A stretch of DNA of 64,000 bases from the NCBI GenBank assembly GCA_002633005.1, contig NMRA01000162.1:365632-429631 (forward strand), written 5' to 3'. Of the stretch, positions 58,601 through 64,000 are shown one piece after another (positions within the stretch are counted from its first letter, which is position 1; each line of letters starts with the position of its first letter). The stretch is from Phoronis australis (Eukaryota > Animalia > Phoronida). The translations under genes were made by a program, and so were the position numbers. The notes below the pieces were generated by a model. That model did not search any database and was not told where the DNA came from. It was given only the letters and a program-made list of their open reading frames with translations.

Positions 58601-60917
58601 AATGCACGAGTGACCTCTTTGTGCTACACTCCTTCATTCCCACTTTAACAACTGGGCTGGGTACTTATTTTTTACGAATGTGATACATGTATCTATAACT
58701 ATTTGAATTAATTGTACTTGTCACTATAATGATAAATAAATACAATAGAATATTCCAACAGAATGTTTATAGCAATAAAAAGACGTAAATTGTGTACCAA
58801 CAAGTACACGACTGTGTTGTTATCGATTCATGTAGGGCTACCGTTACGCCTACAGCAGAGCACATCAATAATTGACGAACGCGGCCGGAATGCTTTTCAA
58901 AATACAAGACAATTAAGGAAATGTCAATCAGACGTCAGGAACACGAACCAGGCATACGAAAATGGCACAGCACGTGTTCACTGAATTGCTTGTTAAGGTA
59001 TTAGGCGGTGGGCCAGATCTCATAGCATTCATTGCTGTGAATACTTTGGGGGGAAGGCAACCTAGTTTTTTCTATGTGGCTAGATAATACACCTCTAAAT
59101 CAAATTTCAAAAATTTCCCACGTGTACACTTGCACATTTGTTTTTAAAAAAGGGTGTTTTTGTTGCACAAAGTATTCTGCACATTGCTACCACTTGGTGC
59201 CGCTTTTCTATTAAACTGACCAATCAGAGAGTCAGATTGTATTGTTGTGCTTAGTAACTTCAATATGGTAGCTCCCATGGAGTGTGATGCCTGTATAATT
59301 CAAGGTTTATCAAACAGCACTAAATTGTGATATCAGAATTTGAAGAAGCTTAGGGAAGCATCTTGACGAAAGCTGATGGACTGTGGAAATCCGTGTATCA
59401 GTGTAGATCGAAAAGAAGAAGAAGGTGTTACAAACGTTTGTGCAGAAAACAGCTGACCACGTGTAAGATCAAAAACTGATAGGACATAGAAACGCATAGC
59501 AACATTTCAAGACACCAGCAGCAGTACTAAGCTGAAGCTGCTGAAAGTGATATGGATGTTACCCAAAATTTCCCAAGAAAATCTATTAGACTTCCTAATC
59601 TGGAACATTCTGACACAAGATGAGTGCATCATTTCTGAGCAGGAAAGGTATATTATGGACCACATTTGAACAAAGAGAAAGAAGTAACAAATTTTTAGCT
59701 TTGAAAAACAGGCATGTGTTTTTTTTAAAAGTGTGTTCAGTGTGATCACCAGTTGTTTATTTATCTTGTTCAGCCCCTTGGCTGCCCAGGCCTTAGACAA
59801 ATTACCGCTAACCCCAGTAGAGACAGTGATCATACCATACAGTAGGTCCTCCATCTGCCGGATGCTTTTCGGCAAATTATGCATCCACACTGATTAAACC
59901 ATCAGTCATGTTGCTATAAGTTTAGAAGTAACTTTTCCGCGTAGATGGATGCCTTATGAGGCCGTTAATGTTTTTATTTGTTCTCAGCTTAAACAAATAC
60001 TTCTGCAATCCTGTTTTTCAAACAATCCTTCGTTCAGGTGCCCACATCGACATTGCTTGCGCCAAGCGATAATCATACGGCGTTGTACTGTGGGTGTGAT
60101 TTTAAGCACTTTAAGTCAAAAATTTTTGAGAAGGTAGATGGTTGGAGTTAACATACCCAAGTGGCCGTCATCCCCCGCCGTAATCCTGGGACAGGGGGAA
60201 CCTCGTCTCAATTTTTTATAAACATTAATTACTTAGGTAATTAATTTGCCTAATTGGCCAGTGTCCCCGTCGTAATTTGAGGACAGGGAAAGCCCTTTCC
60301 ATTTCGTCAAACATTGATTACCTTAAGTGTAAATTGATTGACTATGGCATGAGCATCTGATTATAAAAATTAAATTTCAATCGCTGCACTGGTATATCAG
60401 CTGGCTTATTTTCAGTCGCATCAACTAATCTAATTGTTAGACGGCCAACATTTTTAGGCGGCAGATAAGACGGCATGTAAATTTGTTAGGCTGGTGGTGG
60501 ATCAGTTCCTGATAAGTCCGTTTGAAAAATTTGCATGCTAACTCACTCATAGTTAAATGTTAAATTAGTGTTAACAGTTCACCCTTTTTTCAGTTGGACT
60601 TGTATTGCTTGCAATGGTTCAGTACAGAGCCTTGAATATGCAAATGAAGATCATCAGATATAAAAATAGAAAGACAAAGACTGTGAAGAAACACGAATCC
60701 ACAGCTTCAGAGATGTTTTTCTATAGTTTTGTTTGGAGTTCATTAAATCAACGCTTCTAACACATGTATATGTCATTTGCCTTTCAAAACGAAAGCAAGA
60801 CTTTGAAGCAGTTCTTCAGAAAGCTGGTGTGCATGAAGTTATTTCAACAGGCAGTCGAAGAAGGACGTCGCATTCACATTTCAGGCCCGTAGGAAGGCAA
60901 AAATTATGGGGGGGGGG

Positions 60918-60962
60918 NNNNNNNNNNNNNNNNNNNNNNNNNNNNNNNNNNNNNNNNNNNNN
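60918..60962. other. Assembly gap beside a G-run in a hAT-like MITE end (other gaps: 18598-18619 and 24309)
   Basis: Run of N, preceded by CAGGCCCGTAGGAAGG...GGGGGGG. Confidence 0.9.
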
Positions 60963-61339
60963 TGCCACCATATTTGTACCGAATCTCCCTCGTCCGCCTA
61001 AATGGGGGCACAGTGGTGAATTTAGGGGTGGCCAAGGGACCATGACCCTGTATAATTCTCCCACATTCCATTTGGCAGTTTGGGGGTGCGAATTTCTGAC
61101 GTGTAAAACCCTGGCTAATTCTCTGTCGTACCCCCCCCCCAACTCAATATACTGAATCCGTCCTTGAGACAATCCCTAGGGGATGAAGCCATCAAGAGTT
61201 GAGTAACCGTGAACCAACACGGAAAGAAAGGTTGGGCCTAGGACCAGCACACTGACCGGTAGCGAAGAGCTGCCTCGAGTAGCTATATCCGAGATCTAAC
61301 ATTGTGAAAATACGAAATTCCCGACGAACTAAAGCTCAC

Positions 61340-64000
61340 CCCGGCCAACCTGCGATCGAGAACGCCCGGAAGGCGATCGAGAACGAGACCTTACACCAAA
61401 AATGGTAGACGACAGTGAAGTACCCGGTGAGTTTAAAGGTCATTTTTTTCTTAAATGGAGGCTACTTTGGTACCAATTCGACACACCGAAAAGCTCCGGA
61501 GCTTAGCCTTTGTTGTGGATCTAAAATAATACTTGGCTTTTGCTATTTTTTGAAACAGAGACCGCAGAATGCAACGACTTTCGGAAATATGCCTTGCGTC
61601 TCGCAAATTCGTCAATTTCTACATGTTATTAGCAATTCTTGGGTTCTTCAGTAGAGACGTGTGACGTTTATAGTTAAATCGTCCCTGGTGACACCTTTGT
61701 TAGTCATAAGTTGTGAAGCAATTCGAGATATCTAGTGATACAAGCAGGTCCTTGTTTGAGACAGCGATCGGGAACAAAGCTCTTAATTCTCCATGGCGAT
61801 CGTGAACGCAAAAAATGCGATCGTGAACGCTCATTTTTTTCTCTGCATTTTGCTGAATAATCGTTGAAGTTACGGTGTTATAACCTTAATTTTAGAATAA
61901 TACGACCATGAATTAGTTGACGGGTGGATTGTTTGTTATACTTTCACCGTTTTTCATGATTTCTGTGTGAGATTTAGCTTCACAAATATGATTATATGCG
62001 TTTGATTTTTCAGTTGAATTGTAGCCACACGAGGAGTCCTTCAAAGTGTTTACGTACACGCCTTCAAAAAGGGTAACATAACTGCTGTATGTGACAAAGG
62101 GCTCTGTATGCATATATTTTTTGGAGCTTCGTTCAGGAAGAGACCTTTTTTGTATAACTACATGACAATAAAACAGAGTGACACTTAGCCGCAAGCAAGA
62201 CCTTTACCAGCCCCTTGTTTGACGTGTTGCATAGGGTAAGATTTTTTACAGACATAAAAAACACAATTTAAAGCATAGGGCTCAGGAACCAAGTTGATTC
62301 AGTGCCCTATCTGCGATCAATGTTTCACGGAAAGAGTAAGCCTGAGGACACTCGTTGTTGTTGTGAATGTGTCATGCAAAGAGTATGCCTCCTTCTACAG
62401 GCATGAGAGCCAGAATCGCCATGAATAAAATCAATAAGTCCAGTAGTGAAAGTTGTTAAGTCACTAAACTTTATTCAGATTTACAGAGTTTATGGTTGGT
62501 AGTTGTCTGATGTGATAGTATTTGGACGTTTTTTTTAACATTTTTTCCTATTTGTGTTATTTCAACAGCATCTTTAACAAAAACCAGTGCATTATTGTAG
62601 TGTTTAGGTAGATTTAAATGGCCACACTATTTGTCATTGGGTAATACTTACATACAATTGTTATGACCAATTACTATTTTAAAAGAAAACTATATATCTG
62701 CCACAACTGTAGAAATTGTTTTCATATTGTTGTTGATTCCCTGTGAGGGAATTTTATACTATGAACCGGTCCGAAATAGATTGTCTGATTCAGTGACGAT
62801 TTAGTCTAATACATTCCAAAATAATTCGCAGGAAATGTACACTGGATTTGCAATGTTGATTTCTTTAAAGCAATATTTTATACCTGATATGACCAATTTT
62901 AGGCATGTGTGATAAAAGACTAACAATATTATAGAATTGCTACATTGTGTCTTGAAGTGATGTTAAAGACAACATTTTAACTACGTGTTTGAGAATATCA
63001 CAATATAGTAGGTATATTATAACTCGTCTCACTCTTTTTCAATGTCACATAAACTGGAGATCATGATCTGAAGATGCACTCATGACCAAGACTACAAAAC
63101 AAAAGAGTCAAACAAAAGCTACCATATGTTGTATATCTAAGCCACACCAGTCATTCTGTTCATCTCTGTATCAATAATATCAGTAAAACAACAATCCGTT
63201 TTATCAGCAAAACAGTTTACACCATTTCTGGCAATTTTTAAGTCCCAGACGTTCATGAGCGGTAACCTTTGAATCACCTCACGAATGGTGTTGTCGCACT
63301 CTTTTCGCTCCCCACAGGCACGCTCATCATCACTCTTTGACTTCACTGGCGTATTTGTTTTTTCCTTTTGCTGTCACAATCTTGTAAGAAGATTCGACAC
63401 TGGCTTTCATCTGCATCAACAGTTTAGAACCCCTTGTTCCCCTTGGTTTCGTCTAAAAGTATATGTCTGTATTTCAAACCGTGGTAGGATGTACTTTCAC
63501 GCCCTGATTAACCTGTTCGTTGAAGCTCGCCTCGCAATAATAACAGTAAACTTGCTTCCTGAAATGAAAATAAATTCCTTTGTGAAAATATCTACAATTA
63601 AAATAGTGCTTGATGTACATGTAGTCGCTCATAGTGATTTAATGGTAATGCTATTATGTTGTTTAGTTTTGATACGAAAATAACAGAGTAATGACGCAAA
63701 ATGTGATTACTTCATTGCACCATCCTTATTTTGTAACCCTTTTCACGTTTTATAACTAAAAAGTTCATAACTGTTCGGCACACTACGATGCGTTCTCGAT
63801 CGCATAAACAAAACAAAAATTTAAGTTTCCGATCGCTTATCTTTGCGTTCTCGATCGCATCTTTCAACAGAAAAGTGTCGAAAAATCAGAGATCCTGACA
63901 AAACTACAAAAAACAAGCTTTGTGTTATATTTTAACCAGTCATTTCTTGATAACTTCATGGTCAATTTATTGATTTAGTGCCAAAAATAACCTCAATTTA
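61340..64000. mobile_element. Unclassified TIR DNA transposon relic with subterminal repeats, running off the window end
   Basis: GCGATCG(A/T/G)GAAC occurs at ~61352, 61374, 61764, 61796 and 61818, and inverted GTT(C/T)(T/C)CGATCGC at ~63792, 63826 and 63846. 61451-61475 resembles the reverse complement of 63976-64000. A C2H2-like relic QCPICDQCF lies at ~62300. Confidence 0.55.

Noticed and set aside
57600-60200. Short ORFs with slightly coding-like composition
   Set aside because: No motif recognised and multiple stops. Possibly old transposon debris, but it cannot be assigned.
1-64000. CRISPR array, rRNA, prokaryotic operons or endogenous virus
   Set aside because: No repeat-spacer periodicity, rRNA similarity, gene-dense operon structure or viral hallmark ORFs were seen. 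Most 60-100 aa ORFs are antisense or random frames.

Overview
This is AT-rich eukaryotic DNA, probably from a marine invertebrate (inferred from the transposon spectrum). Most short ORFs in the supplied track are noise. Two host genes are supported. (1) The 3' part of a spliced SLC16/monocarboxylate-transporter-like gene on the + strand, with exons at 8473-9190, 18481-18623 (across a gap), 22568-22693 and 25037-25203, and an apparent +1 frameshift near 9090. (2) A single-coding-exon, membrane-anchored SGNH/PC-esterase-type gene (49697-50749, -). The rest is nested transposable elements. These include three AcademX-type DNA transposon relics, one complete with TIRs and an AGA TSD and splitting an L1/Tx1 zinc-finger, and Kolobok elements with convergent THAP-transposase and KolX-like ORFs. 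There is also an apparently intact full-length CR1 LINE with an 11-12 bp TSD and a 2A/StopGo peptide, inserted in a HERO-type RLE retrotransposon. RTEX-like LINE relics, a Penelope element with an inverted pseudo-LTR, tRNA-derived repeats, MITEs with 5-bp TSDs and long hairpins are also present. TACATGTA and TAGGCCTA octamers that look like transposon excision footprints are strongly over-represented. All family assignments come from motif recognition by eye, not database searches.
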